A DNA stretch of 64,000 nt, from positions 806,001-870,000 of the forward strand of contig NC_134034.1 of the NCBI RefSeq assembly GCF_964204645.1, written 5' to 3'. Below the pieces are notes generated by a model. That model ran no database searches. It was not told the DNA's origin and saw only the letters and a list, made by a program, of their open reading frames with translations. Shown here one piece after another: positions 40,365-64,000 of the stretch. Position numbers and translations under genes: made by a program. Within the stretch, counting starts at the first letter, position 1; the number at the start of each line of letters is the position of its first letter. The stretch comes from Tubulanus polymorphus. Its lineage: Eukaryota > Animalia > Nemertea.

Positions 40365-43300
40365 TCACTTAAGCATCTCTCCGTGAGGAGGCATGGGTAT
40401 CCCGCGCGGGTCTGGAGTCTCGAGATTCTTCAGTAATTGAGCGAGCCAGCGTTTCGTCGAATTATCGTCCTTCAAACAGTTCGCGAAGGTCACGTCCTTT
40501 AACTGGTCCGGTAAACACTGACGCAGCGCCTCGCGAGCCCTGAAAACAACAACACAACATACGCCATCTATAAGATAAACCATGAACTAGATATCTATAG
40601 TCCGAAATGCTTTTTCGAAATGCGAAATGATATTTTCATTTCTGTATATTTCTACATATAGGTTATAGATTGGATATCTCAAATCACTTCACACATATGC
40701 CATCTATTAGACGTATCGGACACTAACTTACCGAGGATTATCGGACAGTCTCAGGTAACATCGAACGACATGTTTTAATAATCGAGCCGATTGATCTTTA
40801 GCTAAATGGAGCACCATTTTACCCTGAAAAAAAAAAAACAATCATTTTCAGTGTAATGAAGCATGGTACAGAGGGATTTGAGAGCAATTTCCTCTATGTG
40901 CTGGGATTTCTGAAATGTTGTCTTCACTTTTTTAGTATAAAGCATTGTGGCTTTCGAAGAGGCAGGGTTCGAACCCGATGGCATTGCTTAAGCTAGTGTG
41001 GCAGGGTCTAGACGCCCAATCAGGTTCAAATCCCTGCTGAGTGAGAACAGTAGAGGAGCAGCGAATATTCTACAATGCGCTTTGAAGAACAATGATGAGG
41101 TAATGAAGAGGATGTCAGGAGGGGAGGGGGGGGGGTGAAAGAGAGGGGGAAGTAAAAGGGAGTGAAAAGGGGTATTAAATATACTGACCAGAATCATAGC
41201 GACATGCGAGAATCGTTCGTACGTTTGGCAGATATAAGACAAACCGGTTTCATCCAGTAAAATCTTCTGTAGAATAAACGTCGCTACCTGAAAAATATGC
41301 AAAATCATGAAGTAACAGTGAATTGAGGGGAAGGGCCAACACCGTCCCTCCTTAACCCGTACAGAATCTGGATAATTGTCTCTTCTCTCCCCTGACACTC
41401 ATGAAAAAACTCCTGTACAATCCAAAACGGATCCAGTTCCAGCTTGCGAGTTAGAATCAAGAGTTAGAATCAGTTCACTTAGAAATGTTTGAAATCAAAA
41501 CCCTAGAATTGAGTTCAAGAGGCGAACTGGCTCCCTCCCCTTCCTCCCTTCACCCTCCCCTTCCTCCCTTCACTCTCCCCTTCCTCCCTTCACCCTGGAA
41601 TGAAATACATACCGTTTTTGACAGTTCACTACCCGATTCCATAATCCTCAAACAAAGTGGAATGATTTCAGTCGTCAATAGGAAATTTATCACTTCTTGT
41701 TCATCGGTCTGGAATATATTAAAAACACCATCACCAGATGGCGGCACACAGCCAGTCAGTTATATGTAACAATTCAAAATGGCCGATGTACGGAACGGCT
41801 GTGCCACCAGGTGGCGATACTTACTTTGACTAGAGCGCCGATGACTCCGAGACTCGTTAAACGCAGATATTCAAACGGTCGAGTTTTACTGACTGTGTGT
41901 AAAAACGGGTACAAAAACAACGGGATATGAGCTGAAAATAAAAACAATCGACATCACGATGAATATCAGACATCAGGGTCCGTCCTGGGTGTAACAGGGT
42001 CCGTCCTCGATATAACAGGGTCCTTCCCTTCAGATCGGTCCGTCCTGGATATAACAGGGTCCTTCCCTACAGACCGGTCCGTCCTGGATATAACAGGGTC
42101 CGTCCTGGATATAACAGGGTCCGTCCTGGATATAACAGGGTCCGTCCTGGATATAACAGGGTCCTTCCCTTCAGATCGGTTATTCATATATCACAGGGTC
42201 CCTACAGATCGGTGATTCCTGGATACACAGGGTCCCTACAGAATAGTCATTCCTGGATATACAGGGTCCCTACAGATCAGTCATTCCTGGATATAACAGG
42301 GTCCCTACAGATCGGTTTTCATAGGTCTATATCACAAGGTCCCTACAGATCGGTTATTCATATATCACAGGGTCCCTACAGATTGGTGATTCCTGGATGT
42401 GAGGTCAGAAGGGAATTTGAGGGGCCAAGGGCTATCACTCAGAATTTGAGGGATTTTGTACTGTCAAAAATGGATTTTGGTATTTGAGGGATTTTAGGGG
42501 CTGTAGGAACCATGTGTTATTACTATAGACTTCTCCTGAATGTCTACTGTTTATCTCTCGGTAAACCATTGTTTTAGTAATTTTGTAAGCAAATTCCTAA
42601 CCTCAACTAAACTTGGTTTCTAATTAACCAGTAGGTTAACAATTAGGTAGAAAATCCTGGTCCCAACATTACCGATTTAGGACACTGTGCAACTACAAAC
42701 ATTTCCAATTGCCTATTTCTGTTTTGGCCATTTTGCACAAAAAGGAGATTCAAGCAGCTTTGATAGTATTTTCATTTCGGAAGAAGTTTTTAAGGAAGCA
42801 TTAGTAGTACGTAGGGACCTTGACCTACCTCTGAGAAACGCCGACCTAGTTTCCGGATGAGATGCGACACATTGTAACAACGCTAAAGCATTACAAACTC
42901 TGTTCGACTGATGTGCCTAGAATAAAATAACAAATAACATTGAAATCATTTCACTCTTGTACCTCAGGGAAATCATGATCACAGACAGCTAGGAGTGGAT
43001 TAACACTTACTGTAAGATTAGGTGGATTAATAGCGGGATAAATGTTGATAATCTCTTGCAGTAACGCGGCAACCGTACCGAACGAGTTCCACAACATCGG
43101 AGCCAAATCCGGAACAACTTCTCGCTTTTTACTGAACAGAAAAAACAAAATTAAGGCCAATCGTCATTTTGCTTATTTTAAACCATTTATCCTTAAAACC
43201 CTTAATCTGCTAATCCTCTAAATCCTTAATCTGTTAATCCTCTAAATCCTTATCCTTATCATTATCCTTAACCTTCCCTCAACGCAGGGCCTGGTTTTTC

Positions 43301-43590
43301 GAACTGCTAACATTGATTCAGTGGTGAGGAATCCAGAATCAATGGTAGCCGAACTGCTTCTTGTGGTTCTGGTTGCTGAAATATCGCTTCTAGGTTAGAG
43401 AAGCAGGAAAGAAGGGGTCCTACCTGAGTTCCAGTAAAGCATTCTCTCTAGTTTCTTGATACGACAACTCAATAATCCATTGATATATTTTATCTCTGTC
43501 GACTTGTTGTTGAGTAACGCCTGAACCGGGACCGGGCGTAGGTGGTTGACCTACACCGCCGACTGCAGGGGGTTGACCTACATTCATCAT
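40365..43590 (-). CDS. CNOT9: CCR4-NOT subunit 9 (Rcd1/Caf40), 314 aa
   Basis: Exons 43424-43590, 43011-43131, 42829-42916, 41825-41931, 41613-41708, 41189-41287, 40732-40823 and 40365-40539 (945 nt, in frame). Motifs: [111 protein letters not shown]. Poly(A) signal at 39672-39677. Confidence 0.97.
41975..42400. repeat. 21-bp and ~35-bp acagggtcc minisatellite in CNOT9 intron 3
   Basis: acagggtccgtcctggatata units. Confidence 0.9.
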
Positions 43591-45221
43591 CTATAAAACC
43601 ATACAATCATTATATCACCATATTCTATAGAAATTTTAGTCTCTAGGGCCAAAAGTGCACAAATATGAGGTTAATTTTCATCATTTCAAAATGCAATAAC
43701 GCCAAAACCCAGGCACTTAGTCTGAATACCAGTCCTTGTTACCGGTTCCCTACAGTTGTTTGTGGAATGATGGCTAGGTACTAGACTAATATCTGAGATG
43801 TCTTAGGACGGTGGAGGAGAGGGGGCTTTTTTTAATAGCCGTTTTACTAGATAGAGAGAGAGGCAGGGAGGCCAGGGCCCAGGGTATATTTTGGGAGGGG
43901 TAGTTCCTATACCTGTATAAAGTTATTTTCAGTAAGGTATGAATTGTTGCTAACTGTAGTTAAAACCATCGAGACCGACTGTAAAATCACGTCTACACAA
44001 ATACAGCCTGAAGAATGTTATTACTTCACACTCCAAATAAATATTCTCACAGTTCACAGGTTCAGTTCGCTAACAATTCAATTCACTATATCACGTTTCA
44101 GGACGAAGGTGCGCGCTAATTGGCGGTTTAGGCACTTATAATCGCGTGCCAGGGTAGGTATTAGAATGGGCGCTAAATCACGGTTGCGGGACTTCGGAAT
44201 ACCGGTGTCGAAATCGTCATTCGCGGCTAACAAGCCGGCGCCTATTCGAATATGTTTGTTAATTCTTGTAAAGTGAGGTCGTAACTAAAGCACTCCCTCG
44301 GTTAATGAAATAAAGAAAGTCGCACGAATGAATTTGAGGGCCGTACCTAGCATTTGAATCTTAGGGGGCAGAGAAACTCAAAAAGGGGCAGTCTAGCTAG
44401 AGTTATGACAATAATTAGATTAGTGGAAAAAGGGCACCTTTCTAAAATTTCTTGGGGGCATCGCCTCCCTCAGGACCCCTGTTACTAGCACCGATGAAAA
44501 CAAACAACAAAGAACAAGCTTTATTTATTTTTGTTACACACAGATAACTCCAGAGCCAATGAAACCAGAGTAAAACTGGTATTGTCATGAATAAAAGTTT
44601 AAATCATGCTTAATATAAAAAGGTTTACTGAAAACTTTACATGATTCACCGATAATCCTCCGATGAAAAATGTTGCAACAACTTCAATGATCTATCGTCA
44701 TAATTATCACAATATTTTCCAACAACAATATATCACTATCTCTTAATTTCATAAACATATCCCAACTTATTGATCCATAAAAATCAGACTCAACGACACT
44801 TGATGACAATTCACCAATGAATGGTTACGAACACACGTGTATCTCATGAAGTATCAAGCATTCTATCATATCAACTATGTATTTGTTTAATTTAATGTTT
44901 TGAGTTTATTGCGCGTTTAATTGGTAAAAGGTTTATTAGAAGTCGAGCTCTGATAGAATGCTAAAAATGACATCACGAGATCGAGGACACACGTACTGGT
45001 CAAACCTTAAGTAGTAAGGTATCGGTAATGTATGAACCATTGAAAAACACCACTTTGAAATTATCGAGATAAAACTTAACCAAACGAACAAAGGATTTAA
45101 TGATCATATGAATGCCGTTTTATTCTTAGACAACAATTATACCTAGATGACAATAAGACATAATTGTGACAACGCTAAATTGTAAGTTACTGTTTTGAAC
45201 CATCGAAGAAATCTGAAAACG

Positions 45222-45352
45222 ACTGATCTTCGTCTGACCTCTACCCCTAGACCTGTCTGGTATGGTTGAACCTGCCGGGAGATATTAAACCCCCCACCAG
45301 CATAGCTCGCAGGGTCACCGAGGCGCACAAGCTACTACACCGCGTCAAGCCA
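45222..45352 (-). mobile_element. Fragment resembling the conserved 5' UTR of RTE-clade LINEs (BovB/Expander-like)
   Basis: The - strand reads cttgacgcggtg..gcttgtgcgcctcggtgaccctgcgagctatgc...acaggtctaggggtagaggtcagac, the same motif order I recall from RTE 5' ends; not aligned computationally. Confidence 0.4.
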
Positions 45353-46187
45353 CGTAGTAGGAGACTTTGTGTCGAGTTTGTGTTGTTCCAGTGGAATAAA
45401 CACGCGACCCGGCGACACCTCTATACACTCGAGGCGTATGTAGCCTACTTGATAGAAAACCGACCCCCGTAAATAAAATTTAAGCGAAATTGAATACCCA
45501 CGTACTACTGCTGTAAGGTCGACCATAGTTCCAGGACGCGTTAAAGTCTAGAGTACCTTTTTTGGCCAAGTCGTGAAATCCGTACAGTGCCGCAGGGCGT
45601 TAAATTGCATACACGTGTTCTATTCTTTATAGTGGGTTTTTAAAAACTGGGTCATGTCAGTGTAGCGTGGAAACAGAAGTGTTACGCGTCTAATGTTGAA
45701 ATGAATCTGCGTGAACTTTTTGAAGCCTGAATGCGATGTCTACGAATCATATGTTATTACACTACTACATGTACAAATAAATGAATTGTTCAAATCAGTA
45801 AATGAAAACAGTGAGATCGCCAATTTCATTTCTCCCATCATTTGAATAAAATTCATCACAATTTTCACTCCAATTTAATTTTTTTCTGCAGTCCTTTCGA
45901 GGTTTTATGTGCAAAATACTCAAATAAAAAATAAAGTAAGCTCCGCGCCAAAGAAGGCCTATTAATACTATTTTCCTTCGGCTTCACCCCTAGCGCCCTC
46001 CCCCACACTTTTTTCTTGAAAAATCCGTACTTTAAGTAATTAAGAAGGCCTTATACGAATAAATGAATTTTCAGGAATGGTTCAAAAGTGCAATAGAACC
46101 GGGTGTGTCTGTCCAATGTAATCTTGTTGTTATTCGGACGCAATAAATCTGAATTGTATTGAATTGAATGAGAATTATCGAGTAATA

Positions 46188-54367
<8,180 letters not shown>

Positions 54368-54453
54368 AACAGTCCTGCTACTTCTTATATTGTACACTGA
54401 GAGTAGGTCTAGTACCGACCTTGCCATCAGGCCTCATTTCTGCTACCGACCAG

Positions 54454-54591
54454 GGGCCAGTTGCATAGTCGTGGCTAAGACTTAAGACCAGTCTAAGACC
54501 AACTTAGTTCTATAGCCAATCTAACAACTTAAGACCAGTCTTAAGATTTAAGACCACTTCTGGACTTAAGTCGTGACTGTGCAACTGGCCT
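54454..54591. mobile_element. Harbinger/PIF-like MITE in the SMARCD 3' UTR (relatives at 4105-4225, 6260-6375, 13221-13345)
   Basis: TIR ggccagttgca(t/c)agtc...gactgtgcaactggcc, flanked by CAG and CTG. Confidence 0.75.
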
Positions 54592-57500
54592 CTGGTCATC
54601 ATCGGGACTCGGTACATTATCGTCTGGTAGTCTAACTAACCAAGAGCTATTGTTTCGTTGAACTATTTGTTGTTAAAGGGGAGGGAGGACTGTGTAACCC
54701 CCACAGTAACTCAGACTAGAGATATGAGGGAATGCTGATGTAGTTCCTGTTATACAGATTCATGTGTTGTATATAAAGCGTTTATTTAATCGATAATTTT
54801 GCATTTAATCGTTTACCTTGACCTTCGATTGAATCTTCGTTTCGGGTATTGTAAATGTAAGGCCCGCTCTGATTGGCTAATATCCACCAGTCGTACCGGT
54901 ATATGTAAGATCGATGCTGATTGGCCCGTGCTGACAGCTAGAGTAGTGTTATTTTTGTACCATGTTTATATCGTGTTCGGCGTCTGTATGAAAAACACTC
55001 GATTGTAAATAAATGAATAAAGAAATATCGTATCCTACAATATTTGACTAGTTTTATCATTGTTTTATGGTGACGGGACCCGATTCTGGTAATCAACGAT
55101 ACCAAGAAAAGCGTCTTGGGGCAGGCCTTCTAAACTGGGAGTAACTTAAAATTGGCCGAGGTTAACTCGTATTGAAAATACCAGTCGATATAGCCTGCCT
55201 CTGATGAAGAGGATGAACATGAGGCATGATCTCAAGTCACTGCTCTATTTGACCAAAATGGGGTCGGTGGTGTATGGAGAGTTGCTTCAGTACTGACAGC
55301 TCTATCCCTGGTGATCAGCTCCTTTGTTTCCTCCATGAGATAAACAGACAATGAACAAAAACGACAAGTTTTAGTTCAGTTGAAAGCGATGTTGAATTTT
55401 ATTGCGACAACATTTATTCATAAATCATTACAAACGACGAGAGATAAAACATTGATAGTTTACAGAATAAACGACCGACCACAGTCTGTGGTATTCCAGT
55501 TAGTCTTATACCAGCAGGTATCGATTTTAAAATATTACAACATGGCCGCAGATGCTGAAATGTTGGTTAAAGATAACCGGCGGATTATAATAGCGTCGTA
55601 ACGATGAACTTTTAATCGTCACTATATCGACTATCCACTGGTTTAACTCTAACCAACTTTTCAGCAACTGCAGCCCCAGGAATCTAACTATGTATGATTC
55701 ACCAATGAATGACGTGTCATTATCAATAACACAATTCATTAATAGTTTATTTGTTCATGATTCTAAAATAATCGTTTAAACGGTTTTCAGACCGGAGACA
55801 GTTTTAACATCGACAGTCAGATTCATCAGTGACGATAGAGAGAGAGAGAGAGACAGAGAATGGGTCGAGTTACCAAAGGTACGATAGTTTCGCGCTTTAA
55901 ACAAGTGGATTCAAATCAAGTTCCACAGTTTGACTCCACCATTCATTTTCAATGTCAAAACCCTCTAAGGAGTCAAATATCAACAACAGGTAACTGTGGA
56001 ACTATTGTAGATCTAAGTATCGAGACCCAGTTTTATGGTTTTAAGTCACCGAGTTCATTTTCAAAGCTTTCACTATATAAATCGTAATCAAAAACTGTAG
56101 AACTGGGTTTTAGGAGTTAGTTTGTTTAAACAGGGTTTAGTTAAAGTCCTGTTCTGTTAGTAGTCTAGCTGTTATAGCTACTCAATCAGACGAGGTCTTA
56201 AGAATTCGTCTAGGTCTAGTTACATCATTAAATCCTCAAAAATTTTCATCACTTGCGTCTGAATATCTCACAGAATCGGTAATAAGTGCTTTAGCGAGAA
56301 AATACAGAGGCAGCTCTTAATTGAGTCGCTGTAAGATGACCGTCTACAAACTCAAAATACATTACACTCTATCAAACTGATGGGACAGTCTCAGACACTG
56401 ACCTCCCTGACCCCGATCCACAGCGGCCATTTCACAATACCTCATCCGCGAGTGTCCGAATTTAACCTCTCGATTGAGACTCAAAAACTTCTACAAAATT
56501 GTTGAAAATGTCCGTCACAAACTGCGAGAAACTCTTTTCCAGAATCCCGCTGTACTACAACATAACTAATTACCTTAATGACAATATCGCTAATTACCAC
56601 GGAGCCTAATTAGTCTATCGAAGTCTGACGGATACGTTCATGCTTATCGAAACCAGCGTTCTTCATACTTACCAAAACCCCCCCCCCACCCCCTCACTTA
56701 AACACGTGCTAAACTCTTAGTCCAGTAACTTCTAAACTCATTTCATCTACATAAAAAACCAACACTTTTTTTTTTTTTACAAATTTTAAAGTTCAAAAGA
56801 CTAAAAAGTGTCTTTTGACTTTATAAATTTGTATATGGCAGGCTATGAATAGATACACCCAGTCCAAGTACACGTAACTATCCTACAGCAACAACATAGA
56901 CATTATAAAACTAAGTCCGATTCTTGTTAAGTCTGCCATACGTACTAATATCGGCGTCGTTGTTAGATCTGGTCTTAGACTGCGGTCTAAGTCTGTATGT
57001 AGTTAAACCCGCGTCCGGTCGGATCGGGTTTCATATCTCACCTCCTGTCACTGTTGTGTCATCAGGTATAGTTCAGGGGGCTCTGCTCTGCGAGTCTTCA
57101 ATCCAGCACTATTTCCTATAAGTCGTCTGTGAGCTGTTGTTTTATTTTTAAAGTCGTCTGCTGTTAAAGTCGTTTGTGAGACTCTCTCCTCTCTTTGTTA
57201 AGTCGTCAATTCTCTTTATTTTTTTATGTGTGATTTTTGTGACTGTCGTCGTCAAGAATCTTCCTGTTTTTATTTTTAAACTATAAAAAGAGACAGAACA
57301 ACAAAATCTCAAAACAAATGACAAGTTTTTAACAGTTTTAAACATTTCACCGGGCAAAAGTCAACAATTTTCAGAATTTGTCAGACTGGCTACAAATCCT
57401 GATTGACATATTCAACTCCCCCCCTGTTTCCAGTCCAGTCCAGTCCGGTCTGGTCCGGTCATCAGATCTGACATTGATTTCATTTGAACTCGTTTTAAAT

Positions 57501-58115
57501 TCTAGACTTCAAAATTCGTTATTATACACATGTTATACCTTACCTTATAAGGAGTCATACTATAATGACTCCCGCGTCAAATAATTACAGTGAATTTTTG
57601 ACTCAAACTCTTAAATTCAGAGCCTGGAGACACCAGCTAAACAGAAATAACAGTAAGTATCCAGTTCTACAGATATCAGTCAACAGGGTACCTACGGATC
57701 GGTAATTCCTGGATAGAACCAAGCTTCCGCGGCAGGGATTCGAATCTGATGGCATCGAGATTACCACGGTACGAAACCCTGCCACACCAGACCGAGTCGC
57801 AGCAGCTACACGCGCTTAGATGATGCCATCATTATCAGAAATCCCATTTTATCTTAGCCTGGGTTTTCCAATTTACAGAAATTTACCTCAGTGATTATAC
57901 GACGAGCAATCTGATTGGCGCCGCAAGTTTTCGCACGGTAAACATGCGCACCCGGTCTAGCGTGGCAGGGGTTCGTGCCGTGGCTGAGTGTAGCCATCGG
58001 GTTCGAATCCCTGCCGAGGGATGACGAGTCGGCACCAGTGGAACCCCGACTGTTGAACTGGGTTACATTAAGACGTGTTACCTCTCTCTGATGAAGTTAT
58101 CTTACCTGTTCGAAT

Positions 58116-62438
<4,323 letters not shown>

Positions 62439-63330
62439 TTTGTAAGCTGGGAAGAATGGATCTTTTAGACCGTCAAGTGCTGCCGCCTATCGTATGTGCA
62501 TTGTGTCGTTCCAGTTCAAGTTGAAATTTATTTTAACGGATGGTTATATAGGCCTACAGAGATTAAAGGGGGAAACAAACAATGAAATTGTTGATAGTGA
62601 ATATGTGAACCAACTTACTTATTACTCGAATGCCGCAGTAGGAATATTGTGGGCTCGGTTAGTTCACATATTCACCGCTATCGAGATACATAGCGGCAGC
62701 ACTTTACGGTCACGATCTGATCCACCGATCACTTTCTGTTTTTTTTTCAAATCTGAAATCCTTAAATAACAAGCAAGAAAAACATCGTGATTTCAAAGTA
62801 GATTACAGACTATGTTTATTATATAATAGCGTTCATTAGTTATAGTATTGATATAAAAAAATTGACATTGTTTTCACTTCAAAAACCACGGCGCTGGGTT
62901 TCAGCAAATTCAGTCGTAAATTTCACAAATAATGTTCTGGCAAATCGTAAACTTATTATTTCAACATTTTGCGGCGTATCTTACAATGGCAAGGTTCTAG
63001 CAACGGTACAGTCTCCCAATCCTCCCCCCATAAGTCCATCAAATTTCTGCACACTGCAGTTAGAGTTTGTCACATAGATCACCATAGGTCCGGTTCCACA
63101 AAGTTAAACCAGACAATGGTTTACTTGCTGTTGGTTGTTTTTCATGTTTATCAATTTGAGGACAACAATTCAAACTTTAAACCGTTTCAAACTGAAAGGA
63201 ACTTTTTGAAGCCAGTTTCTGTGTAAGTACCATGTTTGTTCCGCACAGACGAGACCCGGCGCCCATCTCGTGCATCAATAGTTCATTCGGCAATCTAGAA
63301 ACTCCTTCCCATCCGCGGTTCAGCCTCATG

Positions 63331-63993
63331 TCATAATTCATCGCTATTTTCGATTTTATCCAAAAATTCGTCGACTTTTCGCAATTCGCGCGTCAGCGAT
63401 TTCCAAGTGGCCACGTGAACTATAGCCCTAACGACGTTCGAACGCTTCTTGCCGTGTCGGTCTAATTCCGGCTGGTGCGCCTGACCGAACGCCACTTCCG
63501 CTTCCTCGTGCATTTTTATTCGATGAGTTAAACTTTTTATTTTCAGGTTTAATTTCTCGTCGAATTTGGCCGTTGATAATCGCGTTTTCAGTGTCTCCAA
63601 CTCCGCGTAAAATACAACTTTATCTTCTTCGGAGTCAAACTTTTCATTATCCATAGAGTTATCCACAACTTTAGCCGGTTTATCCGCGGAGTTATCCACA
63701 TCTCCAGATGGAGTATCCACAGGGCTATCCACATCAGCAGCAGGGCTATCCACAGATTCCACAGCAGGTCGCTTAACCGTTACTTTTGTCCCCGAATCTG
63801 ATAGAATATCATACCGACGGTTCGACTGTTCGAATCTGTATTTATCGAGCAGTTTTTCGCGGAACGGAATCGTCTTCCGACGGCCGCCGCCGTCACCACG
63901 ATCTCGAGAATAATAACGATTCAGAAACATCGACACGAGAAACAGGGCGAATAAACTCGCACCGTACAGAACTAATCTTCGCTGCTGCATCAT
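63331..63993 (-). CDS. Uncharacterised 220-aa signal-anchor (type II membrane or secretory) protein with acidic VDS/VDN repeats, helical C-terminus and terminal SDEL
   Basis: 663-nt uninterrupted ORF with protein-like composition. RR precedes an 18-residue hydrophobic stretch (LVLYGASLFALFLVSMFL). AATAAA on the - strand at 62815-62820. No family recognised, and the ORF is open to the window edge, so the true start may lie outside. Confidence 0.75.
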   Translation of the reverse strand: MMQQRRLVLYGASLFALFLVSMFLNRYYSRDRGDGGGRRKTIPFREKLLDKYRFEQSNRRYDILSDSGTKVTVKRPAVESVDSPAADVDSPVDTPSGDVDNSADKPAKVVDNSMDNEKFDSEEDKVVFYAELETLKTRLSTAKFDEKLNLKIKSLTHRIKMHEEAEVAFGQAHQPELDRHGKKRSNVVRAIVHVATWKSLTRELRKVDEFLDKIENSDEL

Positions 63994-64000
63994 TACTCCA

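Noticed and set aside
55195-55240. Hammerhead-like TGCCT-CTGATGA...GAAC..AGGCA
   Set aside because: No stem II can form and the GAAA core is absent.
63655-63765. Cluster of TTATCCAC(A) DnaA-box-like motifs
   Set aside because: These are the reverse complement of the Val-Asp-Ser/Asn codon repeats in a eukaryotic ORF.

Overview
This is AT-rich, intron-containing genomic DNA from a bilaterian invertebrate. It is probably a lophotrochozoan, but I cannot determine the taxon. I spliced all genes by hand using GT-AG boundaries and exon phase. From left to right: (1) three tandem small secreted Kunitz-domain genes on the - strand. One is canonical. The other two have a 5-6 residue insertion in the protease-binding loop and an extra, strongly conserved CxxC-x8-C C-terminal tail encoded by downstream exons that the ORF track misses. 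(2) A 24-exon formin-like gene (FMNL/Frl, -) with about 8 candidate frame-preserving small exons of 3-45 nt. (3) CNOT9/RQCD1 (-). (4) SMARCD/BAF60 (+), with three single-base frameshifts that are probably consensus errors and a 4x tandem duplication of a 5' splice site. (5) RBM45 (-). (6) An unassigned 220-aa signal-anchored protein ending in SDEL (-). Introns are filled with private minisatellites, a dispersed ~79-bp satellite, a 92-bp satellite, Harbinger-like MITEs with CWG target duplications, a fold-back element with tRNA-like arms and decayed Penelope-type hammerhead motifs. Many CTCF-like motifs lie near exon edges.
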